Positions 13,589 to 26,700 of a stretch of 64,000 nucleotides of DNA are shown piece by piece. A program made the position numbers and the translations under genes. The stretch spans positions 246,512,001 to 246,576,000 of the forward strand of contig OZ024742.1 of the NCBI GenBank assembly GCA_964016885.1, written 5' to 3'. The notes under the pieces are model-generated. The model made no database searches and had not been told where the DNA came from. It saw nothing but the letters and a program-made list of their open reading frames with translations. Positions within the stretch are counted from its first letter, which is position 1. Each line of letters begins with the position of its first letter. The stretch is from Eledone cirrhosa. Its lineage: Eukaryota.

Positions 13589-16366
13589 CTAGTAGAATGG
13601 CCCGGCGTTGCTCGGGATTTGCTCTAGGGTTCTTATATATTTGATATATATTTAAAGGAAAAAAATGTTTCTCTTTGTTGAATATAAGTCACCAATTTGG
13701 TTGAGGTATATAAGTACCAATTTAGCAGAGAAGTATTGTTGCCACGAAGAACCATCTTTGGTAGAAAGATATGATAGGAATATCGACCATGACTTTAGCT
13801 TGTTTTTACATTATTTATTAACAAAGGTTGAGCTGGCATGCCAAGAGAAATGAAACAATTCAATTAAGATTACAAGAGAAAATACGGGCGACTGGCTGAA
13901 GGCGTTTGGCCAGGCTCGTAGGTAATGTTTTGTCGTTACATATTGTTTGTGCTTACGGAGCAAAAGAACAAGCGTGTTTTACCTTAGCATGGTCCAGCTG
14001 CGAGTAATAGCGTCCTCAAATCTTTGCGGGCTATTTCTCCCTCAGAACGCGTAGGGATACATTCTCTTCTACTGGCGCTGATTGGCTGAGAATGTATGTG
14101 AGCCCGCGGAATGTAGGTCACTACATCACCTCCGAGCAGATTTGTAGCCGAAAATCGTTAACGATGAAGCCGAGGACCCACAGATTATTGAATCAGCAAG
14201 AACAAATGCTGAAAGAGCACATCAGTGAAATAATAATTGAGCAGAAAGATGCATGCAAGAAAAAAAAATGAGGCGCGACAGGCCGTGTTGAGCCGCTGTC
14301 AAATGACTAGCTGTTTTGTAGTTTATACGTGACCACCAAAGGTCTACCAGAAAACAGATAAAGTCTGACATGGGCGAAGTTGCTGTTCTTGCATTAAATG
14401 TTAATGGAAAGTGTTGTACCAGTAGCTGTGGACGAAGCTATTATGGTAGTTTACCAGTGCTGGCAAGAAGATGATGGGTAGGCGAGAAAATGTTTGCCTC
14501 CCAGATGTATTGCCGAATGTGCTAGGGAGCCAGGAAAAAATGGCTGGTTGGTTTGAAAAGAAAAAAAAAGCAAGTTGGATCGGTAGGTGGGTTGCAGTTC
14601 CATGTAATACAGCAAAGAAAATGTGTGCGTGCGGTCAATATACAATGATAGAGAGAAATGAATTTTCATATAATACTGTTTAAAAAAAATAAATGTCCAA
14701 AATAAATGCCTGAAAAAAAAAAGGAAGAAAGAAAGAATTGTTTCTTTTCCTTTAACAAAAAGTTCGCTTCTTTTTTCTTTGGGATCGCTCTTACTAGGAA
14801 GCTAGCAGAGTTGTTGTTGTTAAAGCAAAGTCACAATGAATCTTCTGTAGAGTAGAAGTCGAGCGTTGAAGAACCCATAGTCACCGATATGGCAGCCACG
14901 TCTGACGCGATAATGGTGAGAAAACTAATGTCTTAATTTCTCGAGTCCTTGTGGTAACGAGACAGAAGGTATGGTGGTTGCGTCGGTAAAGTTACAAGCC
15001 GTTGTCTGGTGTTGGTTAATAATTAGCCATGTGTTGCTGCTGATGGCTGGTACTTGGTGGTAGCCGTTTTGAAATTACCTCATGGCGAAAAGTTTTTGAA
15101 ATACTGCTAATTTTTTTTCTAAAAATATTCGAAAGAAAATTCGAACAACAAAAAAAATTATTCTCCATGAAAATTATTCAGCAAGCTGGCAGATTGAAAA
15201 ATGCGCCTGTGATGAAGAAGCCGTCATGTGGCACGATGCAGCCAATCAGGCGGCTGGGATTGGAGAAGACAAGCTGTACGCGGGAAAACAAAATTTCTGA
15301 GTCTCCATTTGTAATTTCAACAGAACGCCGAAAGCAAAATTCCACATCCAGAGAAATCCTTTTTTTTTTAATTAATTTTTTTTTTGTGTTGTATTTTTGT
15401 GTTCGTCTGTATGCGTGCTTCAACAAATGGAATATTATGAATTTTATGGACTTACGCTAAGTGAGTCTAGCTACCCGATTCGAACATTCCAAATGTTAAG
15501 CCATTCCACATTGCCGTTAAAACGAATGGCGAATTCAAATAGGCTGCGTTTTCATTCTTAATTGTCGAGGGACGCCAATAAAGGAAAGGAATGTTTCTCT
15601 TTGTTGAATATAAGTCACCAATTTGGTTGAGGTATATAAGTACCAATTTAGCAGAGAAGTATTGTTACCACGAGGAACCATTTTTGGTAGAAAGATATGA
15701 TAGGAATATCGACCACGACTTTAGCTTGTTTTTACATTATTTATTAACAAAGGTTGAGCTGGCATGCCAAGAGAAATGAAACAATTCAATTAAGATTACA
15801 AGAGAAAATACGGGCGACTGGCTGAAGGCGTTTGGCCAGGCTCGTAGGTAATGTTTTGTCGTTACATATTGTTTGTGCTTACGGAGCAAAAGAACAAGCG
15901 TGTTTTACCTTAGCATGGTCCAGCTGCGAGTAATGGCGTCCTCAAATCTTTGCGGGCTATTTCTCCCTCAGAACGCGTAGGGATACATCCTCTTCTACTG
16001 GCGCTGATTGGCTGAGCTGAGCCAAATCACGCACAGAGAATGTATGTGAGCCCACGGAATGTAGGTCACTACATATTTATCCTTATCGAGCCTCGTGAAA
16101 TAAATACGTTTGTTTATATTTTGTTATTGTGCATGCAAAAAATGTATCGATCTAAAAAGAAAGACTAAGAATTATAGAGAGAGATCGCTAAATCGCCTAA
16201 TGCGGTCCCTAGGGCATTGAAAATTAAAAATTTCTTTTGGTGAAAACACTCACACGACCATAAGTATTACATGTGTAAAGTTTGAAAACAATCGGTTGGG
16301 TGGTTCTCGAGTTTTAGGGAGTCAGACAGACAGACAGACAGACATTCTCTGTTTTAGATATATAGA
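13589..16366 (-). mobile_element. Non-autonomous Helitron
   Basis: On the minus strand: 5' TCTATATATC with (TGTC)n at 16366; 3' hairpin cccgag-caacg-ccggg then CTAG|T at 13589. Confidence 0.75.
13654..16072. mobile_element. LTR-like non-coding insertion with ~470-490-bp direct repeats (13654-14123, 15580-16072)
   Basis: Near-identical direct repeats; splits a motif that is intact at 57431-57460, with an (a)tattt duplication. Confidence 0.7.
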
Positions 16367-16719
16367 CTAGCAGAAAACCGCCCACGGGTGGTTTTCTGCT
16401 AGTATATATATATATTACACACACAGAAATGTATATATATTTCTGTGTGTGTATATATATTTCTGTGTGCATATATATATATTTCTGTGTGTGTATATAT
16501 ATATATATATATTACACACACACAGAAATGTATATATGTTTCTGTAGCACTCCTCAATTCCCCCCTCTCTCCCTCCCGCTATCCCCCTCTTGTAGTCTGT
16601 CTCTTTCTTTCACTCTCACTCTCTCTCTACGCGTGCGCAAAAAACATTGGCACGCGCGCACGTGTTTCCACAGTCGGACAGACAGACAGAGAAATTGCTG
16701 GTTATATATTATAAGGAGA
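16367..16719 (-). mobile_element. Short Helitron joined in tandem to the previous one
   Basis: 5' A|TCTCCTTATAATATATAA plus (TGTC)n at 16719; CTAG end with palindrome at 16367-16402. Confidence 0.6.
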
Positions 16720-17161
16720 TTATTGAGAATATTTTGTGAGTGTAATTATGTTCAGAAGTGTAAATGGCACAGCAGAATAATAGAGTCTTAATTCTCCTAC
16801 ATTTCTTCGTTAATTCTATTATTGTAATTTATGGTTTTAATTACCTATATAATTAATTAATCTGATAATTTATCAAGCCCAGTATTTGTGCCTTGTATAT
16901 AAATATAAAGTGAATAATAGGCTAATGCCTTATATCCTTAGTTTTCATTCTCTTTCATATGCGTCAGCAGAGAATAGGAATGCTTCAATATTAAATTGGT
17001 TAACAAATTGTTTTTTGTTTAATCAAGCATCAATAAATAAAATGACATCCCTTCCTTATAAAACCTCCACCTCTCTCTCTCTCTCTCTCTCTCTGACACT
17101 CTCGCCACACACACACACATATATATATATATCAATATTTACATACACATAACCATGTTTA

Positions 17162-17241
<80 letters not shown>

Positions 17242-17242
<1 letters not shown>

Positions 17243-20200
17243 TAGCAGAAGTACCCGGCGTTGTCCGGGTGTAAGTCGACCTTTGCGCTGATGTTAAAAA
17301 TGTGTGAAAGTTACTTCCCGCGCATCACAGGTGCAAAAACCTTCGAACCTCAAGGAAAAAAAACAGAGGTTAGTAGACGCAGGTGTGTAATTGGGCATAC
17401 ATAATGGATCAATTGTAGGTTCACAGTGTATCGTTGAAATTGTTCTTTGCACGACTGACGGAAGTCAAATTCACTTGAAAAAGTCGATTTTTTCATAGTT
17501 TTTTTTTTCTTTTTACAATTTTCGCGCTCACATGTGCAGAAGAAGAAATAAAAGGGACTTTATCTGAACCGCGGCATAATGGCGAGTCTTTTGCGACAGT
17601 TTTCAAGAAAATCGGACGTTCCTGTAAAAAGTTTTCCCATGTGCAACTTTGCCTTGTTTTTGCGCAAAGTCGAACCCCGCTTCAGTTTTATTGATTTTTT
17701 ACATGAATGCGTGACCTCTGAAGTAGATTTGAGTAGCTAAAAACCTGTCCCGGTAAATTTGCTATAAGTGAAAAAAAGTTGATCAAAATTGTGTCTAGGG
17801 TTATTGCCCTTTGCAACAGCCTCAACGTGTCTTCAAGTATGGTTTGTTAATTTGTTATGGAACTAAATCAACTTTCGTCAAATCGGACCGAGGAAACAAT
17901 GTTTCCATTTGTTTTTCTAGCTGGTGTACCCGGTTACACTCGGGGTTATAAGGCGCTGGATTTAAACGGGTTTGCGCTAAATTCTAGCAGGATGCTTTAA
18001 CCGAAATAAATGAAGAACAAACGTTTCTATTTGTGCTCCAATCTGTGATATTGGTATTTTGAAAATATAGTCCACAAACATCCATGGAGCATGTGTAACG
18101 CATGTTTCAGGTTATGAGAAAAAGGGTTTTCGATTCTCCATTCATAAGATACCAAAAAAATTGCACGCAAATAAACCGGGATTTTAAGGCACTGCCCAAT
18201 TCATAGCTGAAAGGTAAGAATCAAGTGGAATAATGTTTTGCGATATTGTCAAATGTACAACCGTACAAAAGCAAAGGATATAGACATTGAAATCTAGGTA
18301 GACCAAAGAATTTGGTGGGGTTGTATATCAGAGGTTTGTTTTCCTTGTGATTCGCGTCTAGCCTTCAAAGTGAAGTTGATGAGTATAGTCGGTGTTGTAT
18401 CAATAAAAAATAAAAGCATACGGAAGACTGAACACTTACGAATTAAGTGAAAATCACGTTGATATTCCTATCGGAGCAACATATGCCGAAAAACCTGACG
18501 GACTGTTGTGTCAATATTGAAATCGTAGAAATTGCGAATCCCGACCTCTAAGATGTAATGGATAGGCCCTGGAGGTGAAGAGGAAGAATTGTACAATTGT
18601 TTTGCTGAATCATGTTGACCATTAATTTAAGACTTACGCATCATCATCGTGCGGTTTTGTTGTTTATGGCCTAGAATGAGGGCCGGATAAACGCGGCAGA
18701 AAAATAAGCCATGCTAATAATGTTTAGGGGCGTCGCAGGAATAGATGCGGCGTTGTGAGTCAATTGTGAGGACAGTGGAAGGCACGCTGATCGCTTGAGA
18801 AGACGGGATGCTACACAGGATGCTTCTCGGCCATAATTGACAGAAAGGCATGTCAGGAGAAATGAAAGAGTTGCTATTCATCCTTTGCTGAGCATGATGA
18901 AGATGTAATTAAAAATATTTACCATGGACTATCGTGCACGTTGGTATTGTGTTTAGCCTGCGAAAATCGGTGGTCAAATGAGGCAACAATAAGCCATGCT
19001 GATGACGTTTAAGGGTAGCAAGGAATTGATGCGGCATAGATAGCCATGGGAGTCTTGAAGGAGTACGGCGGTCAGGAAAAAGAAAGGGCCGAGGAGGGGA
19101 TGGTGGCTGACAGTGCATGGATGCAGCATCCTGAGGCATGACGATGCAGTGGGACGACGGCCAGCAGGCAAGGAAGAGGGCAGGGGTGGACGGTGGTAAG
19201 GATGCCGCATGGTGAGCCATGGCAGTCTTGAAGGAGCACTGCGGACAGGCAAAAGAAAGGGCCGAGGAGGGACTGGCGGCTGACAGAGCATTGATGCGGC
19301 ATGGTGATGCATGACGATGCAGTGGGACGACGGCGTGCAGGGAACGGAGAGGGCAGGGTTTGACGGTGGCAGGGATGCGACTTGGTCCCTCAAGACTGCC
19401 ATGCCTAGGCAGTGGAAAGGGTCGGGGAGTGGATGGCGGCTGACAGGGCAGGGATGCAATATGATGAGGCATGCCGAAAAGGCAGGCTGCATGGCGGCTG
19501 ACAGGGCGTGGATGCGGAATGCCAATTGAGTTGCACCTCGGGAATGTAGAGAGCACCGGGAGGCACGATGATTGTTTGAGAAAACCCGGTGCAAGGCAGG
19601 ATGTTTATCGGCCATACATGATCGGTAGGCTTTGGAGGAGAAAGGGATGAATTTTTGTTTAATTTTGTTAAATATGGTAAAAATGAATGTAAAAAGACTT
19701 ACACAGGATCGTCTTCATGTTCGGTGTTGTCTTTGGTCTGAGATAATGGGCGGTTATGTGCGGCGCAGGAATAAACCATGCTGATGACATTTGAGCAAGT
19801 TGCTGACAGGGCAAGAATGCCGCATGGTGAATCATGGCAGTCGCGAGGGACAAAGGCGTGCGGGAAAGGGAGAGGGCAGGGGTTGACGGTGGCAGGGATG
19901 CGGCTTGGTTAGGCATGGTAGTCTTGAAGGAGCACGGCGGGCAGGCAAAATAAAAGGCTGAGGAGGGGATGGCGGCTGACAGATCATGGATGCGGCATGG
20001 TGAGGCATAACGATGCAGTGGGTCGACGGCGTGCAGGGAAGGGAGATGGCCGGGATTGACGGTTGCAGGGATTCCGCATGGTGAGCTATGGCACTCGTAA
20101 AGGACCAAGGCGTGCGGGTAATGGAGAGGGCAGGGGAGGGCATGGCGGCTGACAGAGCATGGATGCGGTATTGTGCGGCATGACGATGCAGTAGGACGAC

Positions 20201-21127
20201 AGCGTGCAGGGAAGGGAGAGGGCAGGGGTTGACGATGGCAGGGATGCGGCTTGGTCAGGCATGGATGTCTTGTGCTCTCCCGGAGTGTAGGCGATGGAAA
20301 TGGGTAGGGGTAGACGGTGGCAGGGATTCGGCATGTTGAGCCGTAGCAGTCGTTAGGGACCACGGAGGGCAGGCAATGGAAAGGGCCGGGGAATGAATTG
20401 CGGCTGACAAGGCAGAGATGCGCATGGTGATGCACAACGATGCAGTGGGTCGACGGCGTGCAGGGAAGGGAGAGGGCAGGGGTTGACGGATGCCTCATTA
20501 TGCTACGGTAGTGGGACCACGGGAATGAAGAGAGCGCATGGAGGCTTGATGATCGCTTGAGAAGACTGGGCGCAATACAGGATGATGCGCGGCGGTATAG
20601 TCTTGATAGTCCTTATATAAGAAATGGAAGAATCGGCATAAAAGGTTTGCTGAATATGTTGAGCGTTAATTTAAAGAGACTTACGGTGGATAATCCTGAT
20701 AGATTGAACGTTTTTTGCATGGCGGGAGTCGCGACAAATGGAAGCAAGAAGAATGGCGTTTTTCGGTTGCCGGACTTTTGCTTCTGGGAGTCCGATTATC
20801 GATTTTTGAAAATTTCAAATACCCCACTTTGATCCCCGCATCAAATTTCATTGGAATCGGACAAATTTCGTAAATATCGATTTTTGCCTCTGGTGATCCA
20901 AATACACACTTGCATCGAGTTTCATCGAAATCTGATGATATTTGAAAATATCGATATTTGGCTACTGGGGGTCCGATTATCGATTTTTCGAAAATTTCAA
21001 GTAGCCTATTCCAAACTACGGGTCGAGTTTTATATATGTGTCAAGTTTAATGAAAATCGGATGAACGGTGTAGCCGCAAGTTCGGGACACCAAACAAACA
21101 ACGCCCAACTTCACTTTATATATAAGA
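17242..21127 (-). mobile_element. Non-autonomous Helitron (~3.9 kb) inserted at A|T in (TA)n
   Basis: 5' A|TCTTATATATAAAG at 21127; 3' cccgg-acaacg-ccggg hairpin, 8 nt, then CTAG|T at 17242; internal second 3' end at 17917. Confidence 0.8.
18700..20600. repeat. GC-rich degenerate minisatellite (~173-bp unit made of ~81+92-bp subunits) within a higher-order repeat
   Basis: gg(c/t)ggctgacag at 19102, 19275, 19435, 19971, 20144; aataa(g/a)ccatgct block at about 18703, 18988, 19770. Confidence 0.85.
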
Positions 21128-21151
21128 TATATATATATATATAATGTAGAT

Positions 21152-21205
21152 ATGGCTTCTACAGGACTAGATCTGTTTCATTCGGGAGAAATCATCAGAA
21201 GCCAT
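21152..21205 (-). ncRNA. Hammerhead motif at an inversion junction
   Basis: atggctt-CTGATGA-ttc..gaa-t-GAAACAG..CT-GTA-gaagccat; family also at 46368-46420 and 49511-49612. Confidence 0.6.
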
Positions 21206-21304
21206 TTCTATATTAAATATTTATACTCTGCTTTGTATTGAGTACCTTACTTACTGTGGTTACCTCCGATTGAACCCGGGATAAACTTATATATATATAT
21301 ATAT

Positions 21305-21886
21305 AGGGATTAGCGAGAGTTTATGGCTCCGTTAATTTATCGTGATATTTCGCTCCTTATAACAGTCTTTCCTCTCTCTCTGTTTGGTTGAGCACACTTC
21401 TCTGAGTGGTTTTGGCCTGCCCTATCTAGCAGCTCGTCCCCCAGACACCACTGGTTCACTGCTCTAAACACGCTGTGACATCTCTCTCCCGCGTGTAGTT
21501 GGACGGTCTCTTTAGATTCTCTTAGAGTTGTCTGAAATTTATAGCCTTACACACGCTGATGAACCATGGGCTATTTCATTTCAGTCAACAACTTATTGGC
21601 GAAACAGATCTCTTTGGATTTGTACGTGTGTGTTATATAGTTATAGAGGTACGTATTTACATTTTAATTTATGTTTTTAATTATCGTGTCTCTACCCTGC
21701 CTTTCATAGGTTATAGATTCCATACACTGGTGGTTTTCCCTGTGTTATTGATGGCACACTATCTATCTCTCTCTCTCTAGTGTGTTACCCTTTCAACATA
21801 TAGTATTTTAAAGAGCTCAGGATTCCTTCTCCTTTGAGCACATTATTGGCAGGGAATAGCGAGAGTCTATGGCTCCGTTAATTTAT

Positions 21887-21894
<8 letters not shown>
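21305..21894 (+). mobile_element. Terminally redundant ~546-bp non-coding unit carrying an HHR (retrozyme-like or solo pLTR)
   Basis: 44-bp direct repeat at 21305 and 21851, (TA)n on both sides, internal HHR. Confidence 0.65.
21549..21631 (+). ncRNA. Full type-I hammerhead ribozyme
   Basis: acacacg-CTGATGA-cca..tgg-c-GAAACagatc..gattt-GTA-cgtgtgt; 7-bp stem I and an extended stem III. Confidence 0.8.
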
Positions 21895-21917
<23 letters not shown>

Positions 21918-21928
21918 CTGTATATACT

Positions 21929-22144
21929 GGAATTTCGTATTTTAGAAGAAATACGTTATGTTTAAAATAAACATTTAGAGAGCCGTAGCTAAAACACCAG
22001 CGACTAACGCCGTCTGGCGGTGTCTAGCAGAAGAAGGGGGTGGGGGTGGGGGAGATTGTCTCTCTTGCTTCTGCTGGACACCGTTACGGCTCTCTAAATA
22101 TTTATTTTAAACATACTGTATTTCTTCTGAAATACGAAATTCCA
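21929..22144. mobile_element. MITE-like fold-back (~60-bp imperfect TIRs, inner hairpin)
   Basis: tggaatttcgtat..gagccgtagc versus gttacggctc..atacgaaattcca. Confidence 0.65.
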
Positions 22145-22188
22145 ATAGATATCTGTTTACAACTATGACTGAAGCAAATTGTAACCCC

Positions 22189-22292
<104 letters not shown>

Positions 22293-22457
22293 CATACATA
22301 CACACATACACATACATAACACACATACGTGCACATATATATGTAAATACACATACACATTTATCAGCACATCTATTGTAACATGCTGACTTATAAAGTC
22401 AAGTGCAATAGCTTTATATGATTATTTATTTCTCTCTCTATATATCTATCTATCTAT

Positions 22458-22833
22458 CTTTTTTCAAATACCACTTTGGAAGAAGAATCAGGATGGAGAG
22501 AGAGGTGCTGTACCCCAGCAAGTTTTATGAAAGGTGGGTGAAAGTGGCGAGAATGGCCCGAGTGAATGGGCCTTCTCTCTATATCAGCCTGTAGATTGAG
22601 GAAAAGGAGGAGGAGAGGAAAGGAGTACAAGCTCTTCGTACTCCTGGAGATGAGGGTTGCACATTTTTTTCGGGGGTATGTGTTACCCATATAAACTGTC
22701 TCCCTCTATTGGGGAAAATCGACTAACTTTTAAATTCCATCTGTGATAACATTTTACACGTTTTTATTGTATGTAAACTTCCCCCTTTGTATTTGTCCCC
22801 TTCTTTTGTGCCCCTGTGGCTAATAAAGAAATA

Positions 22834-22892
<59 letters not shown>
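22458..22892 (+). mobile_element. Tx1 3'-end fragment (subfamily B) with (TATC)n tail
   Basis: Almost identical to ~28294-28710; preceded by tatc repeats. Confidence 0.9.
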
Positions 22893-22893
<1 letters not shown>

Positions 22894-23710
22894 AACACCA
22901 AAACAACCACCACCACCACCACCACCACAAGTACAACGACAGACGAAACGAGCAACCACACCAAAACAAACAGACACTCAACCAACAACAACAGAAAAAA
23001 CAGAGACAACACCCCTGAAGAACACATCCCCACTCCATCCCACTCCATCAAACACTACCACAAACACACATACCGAAACACCACCACCACCACACAACAT
23101 ACCCTTACCCCACACACCTGACGATGATTATTCATCGACGGATGAAGCTGCTTCTCCTTCTTTAAGTGAAGAAGAGGGAGAACCGCGGAAATCCAAAAAA
23201 CAAAAAAAGAGACACCACAAAACCCCCAAAACTCCAATCACCAACACCAACACACAACCACAGACACAAACAACACAAACAACACCACAGTCAAACACCC
23301 CCCTATCAGCAAAACCAGCACCAACACCACCCCAAACACAAGCACCCACCATAAAAAGAAAACTCCCAGATGAACAACAAACTAAAACAATACAACAAAA
23401 ACACAAACAACAATACGCATACATCAACACAAACAACAAGAGTTTGATGGAGGTCATCTCCCAAAACCCCAAGGTGGAGACGGAGGGCAAAACTTTCGTC
23501 AAGGCAGAATCGTCTCCACACCTTAAACTTATAAGGGTTTCTATGGAAACCTATAAAGACCTGAAAATTAAATTTTCACAGGACGTGGGCAACCCCTGCC
23601 ACAAACCCATCAACCGCGTCCTGTTGAAAGGTTTCCCCACCCCACCCAACACCCCATCCAGCACCCAAATGGAGATTGAACAACCCGATCTCCAGGAAAC
23701 GAAAAGGTAA
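22893..23710 (+). CDS. 5'-truncated ORF1 C-terminus of Tx1 element (Pro/Thr/Gln-rich, acidic and basic patches)
   Basis: Open frame starting at the end of (TATC)n and stopping 41 nt before the ORF2 ATG. Confidence 0.7.
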
Positions 23711-23751
23711 GTGCACCTTTCGTCCTTTTTCTCCAACTTTTCTTCACCAAC

Positions 23752-26700
23752 ATGGCTGGTTTACGAGTTGGAACCGTGAATGTGCGTGGCCTAGGGATGC
23801 CCTGGAAACAGGGCCAACTTTTAAACGACCTTAGGTCACACAGTATGGATGTGATAGCCATCACCGAGTCCAGAATCCACAACAGGCAGCAACTAACCCC
23901 CATCTTCGACGACTTTGAGATCTACGCATCTCTCTGTCAGCCAGGAGGTGGAGGTGGAGTGGCTGTTATGTTTCGGAAGAACCTGGACGTCGGAGTACAG
24001 CAAGTACACTTGGACCCGGAGGGTAGACTGGTAGTCCTAGACGTGAACAGTATCGGAGGTGGAGCCTTCAGACTGGTGGCCGTTTATGCCCCGACCGGGC
24101 AATCGCAATCACGGCCAGACTTCTTTAAGCGTCTAGATTCTTTTCTGGGAACGTCTCGCTCCTTACTTTTAGTGGGGGACTGGAATGGTATCCTAGATGC
24201 ACGATGGGACTATGTGGGAGCATGTCCCAGTAGAGCGGGGTGCAACAGCCTCAAAACTTTAATCGACCAATTCCAACTGGCCGATAGGTATCGACTGGAT
24301 TTCCCGACTGCACCACAGTGGACGTGGGTAAACCGCAGTGGGACATCTAGATCGTATTTAGATAGGATCTTCATTAGAGAAAGGGACAAGGATATGTTAA
24401 GCTGTCCACGAATGCACATGGTTGCCTATTCAGATCACAAGTTAGTCGTCTGCTTAGTCAACCGTGATAGAATACATAGACAGGGTCCCGGATACTGGAA
24501 GCTGAACGTGTCGTTGCCGGCACGTAAAGCTTACAGTGAACGGATAAGTAAACTAGTCAAGCAACAGTTAACGGGAGCCATCGTCAACAATAGATGGTGG
24601 TACTCTCTCAAGAAAGCAATTAGAATAGAATCGATAGGGTATAGCAGAGAGTTAGCCTTAGAGAAAAACAGAATAGAAAGAGAACTAGTAGCCAAGGTAG
24701 AGGAGGCACTTAGAAGTGGCAACGCGGCTAGAGTGTTAGCGTCGAGAACGGCACTGGACCAGTTCTTCGATGCGAAACACGAAGGCTGCGTGGTCAGAAG
24801 CAAAACACGTGCTCTAGGAAACGAAGGAGCGAAAGCTGTCAGCTGGGCCCGAGTGACGGAGGCAAAAAGTGGCAACAAGTCCACGATTCGGTCTTTGAAA
24901 GACCAAAACGGACGCGTGATACTTGACCCCAAGCAAATGTGCGCGGCCTTTCAGCGGCACTTTGCGCGACTGTTTGAGCAGAACGACGGTGAGCCGAACG
25001 GGGCAATGGACTTTAGTTCATACCTTGACGGCCTGCCGCGTCTCTCGAACACGGACGCCGAGTTCTGCGAAAGACCGATCACGGACACTGAGATACGGGA
25101 CGCTCTGGGCCGCTGCGGGAAACGCAAGTCACCCGGTCTAGATGGTCTACCCTACGAATTTTACATAGGCATGCCGGACTTGTTCTCTGGCGTCCTCGAA
25201 GCCGTCTACTGCAATTGGCAGCAGAACGGGAGAATTCCCAGTTCTGCAGGCAAGGGCGTAGTAACGCTGATCAGGAAAGACGAGAACAAGGGGGACGAAA
25301 TTAACAACTTCAGGCCCATAACTCTGCTCAACACAGAGTTAAAGATTTTGGCCAAGGTGCTAGCGACGAGGTTGGCGCTTGTCGTCGAGAACCTGGTAGG
25401 GAAAGCGCAAACGTGTGCAATCCCGACCAGGTCCATACACGACTACCTCCACCTCATGCGATACATCATAGAGAGGGTGGGTAGTAAACCCGGCTTCGGT
25501 GGGGCTCTGATCAACTTGGATCAGTCTAAGGCATTCGATAGGGTCGACCATCGATACTTGGAAGCGGTTCTCAAGGCGGCCGGTTTCGGTCCCGTGTTCA
25601 GAGGATGGATCGAGGCGATGCACACCAGCATCTGCTCGAGGGTCAAGGTGAACGGCTACCTATCGGAGCCGTTCGTAATCACACGTTCCATTCGACAGGG
25701 ATGCCCTCTCTCCTCCATTCTGTATGTATTGACTCTAGAGCCACTACTGCGGAAATTGGAGCTGTTGCAGGGCATCCCCCTAGAACCGGGAATGCGCAAA
25801 GCGGCGTCGGCTTATGCCGACGACGTGACAGTAATGGTGTCGAGCACCTCGGAAATCGGGGTGATCGGCAACATACTGAAAGAATACGAAACGCTGACGG
25901 GAGCAAAACTAAACCCAGACAAGTCTGTCGGTTTGCAACTCGGTACGTGGAGAGGCAAACCGATGACATCCGACAGCGTCGTCGGACGCTGGACGGACGG
26001 ACCGGTGAAATTGCTCGGGGTCTGGTTCGGTCCAGACCTCCAGGTGGAGAAAAACTGGAACGAGGTCACGGCCAAGGTGTTTGCACTCACTCAGAAGTGG
26101 GCAGAGTGCAAACTGTCCTTGAAAGGTCGAGCGGAGGTGGCGAACACTTTCATAGCGTCCGTCATCTACTACCGCTTGACTGTCGTGCCTTGTCCCCGTG
26201 AACACCTCGCCAAGATGGAACGCATGCTCTTCCAGTTTCTGTGGAAGAAGCAGGCTCCGCTGGTGAGAAGATCCGTCTGCTGTCAGCACCCTTCCAACGG
26301 AGGGCTGGGAATGCCGTGGCTGATGATGCGCAAACATGCGCTGAGGCTGCGGCATCTCCAGGTATTCCTCACCGACCCCCAACCGGTGTGGGCACCGTTT
26401 GTGAGACAGGCTTTCCCACAGCTCGTCTCGCTAACGGAGCTGCAGTCCTGGGTGAAGAAAAGACCGAAAACGATGGGCGCCTGGCACATTGAATGCGCTC
26501 AGGCGCTCACAGTCCTCTGGCAAGCGGGCGCAGCAATCAGTGGAGACTCCACTTCGACATTCTATAGAGGGATTGTACGTTACAAGGGCGACGACGCGCT
26601 CGGAGAGACTCTGGGCGTCGAAGACGATGAGCTCACCAGTATGTTTGGTAGGACTTTCCGCCCGGGACCTATGGACAACTTCCAGAGGTCCCTGGCCTGG

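Noticed and set aside
13665-15779. Duplicated 62-aa ORF
   Set aside because: Identity simply reflects the direct repeat; no recognisable protein features
18909-20498. 213-276-aa Pro/Ser/Cys-rich ORFs
   Set aside because: They arise from a GC-rich repeat with a 173-bp period (not a multiple of 3), so frames shift between units
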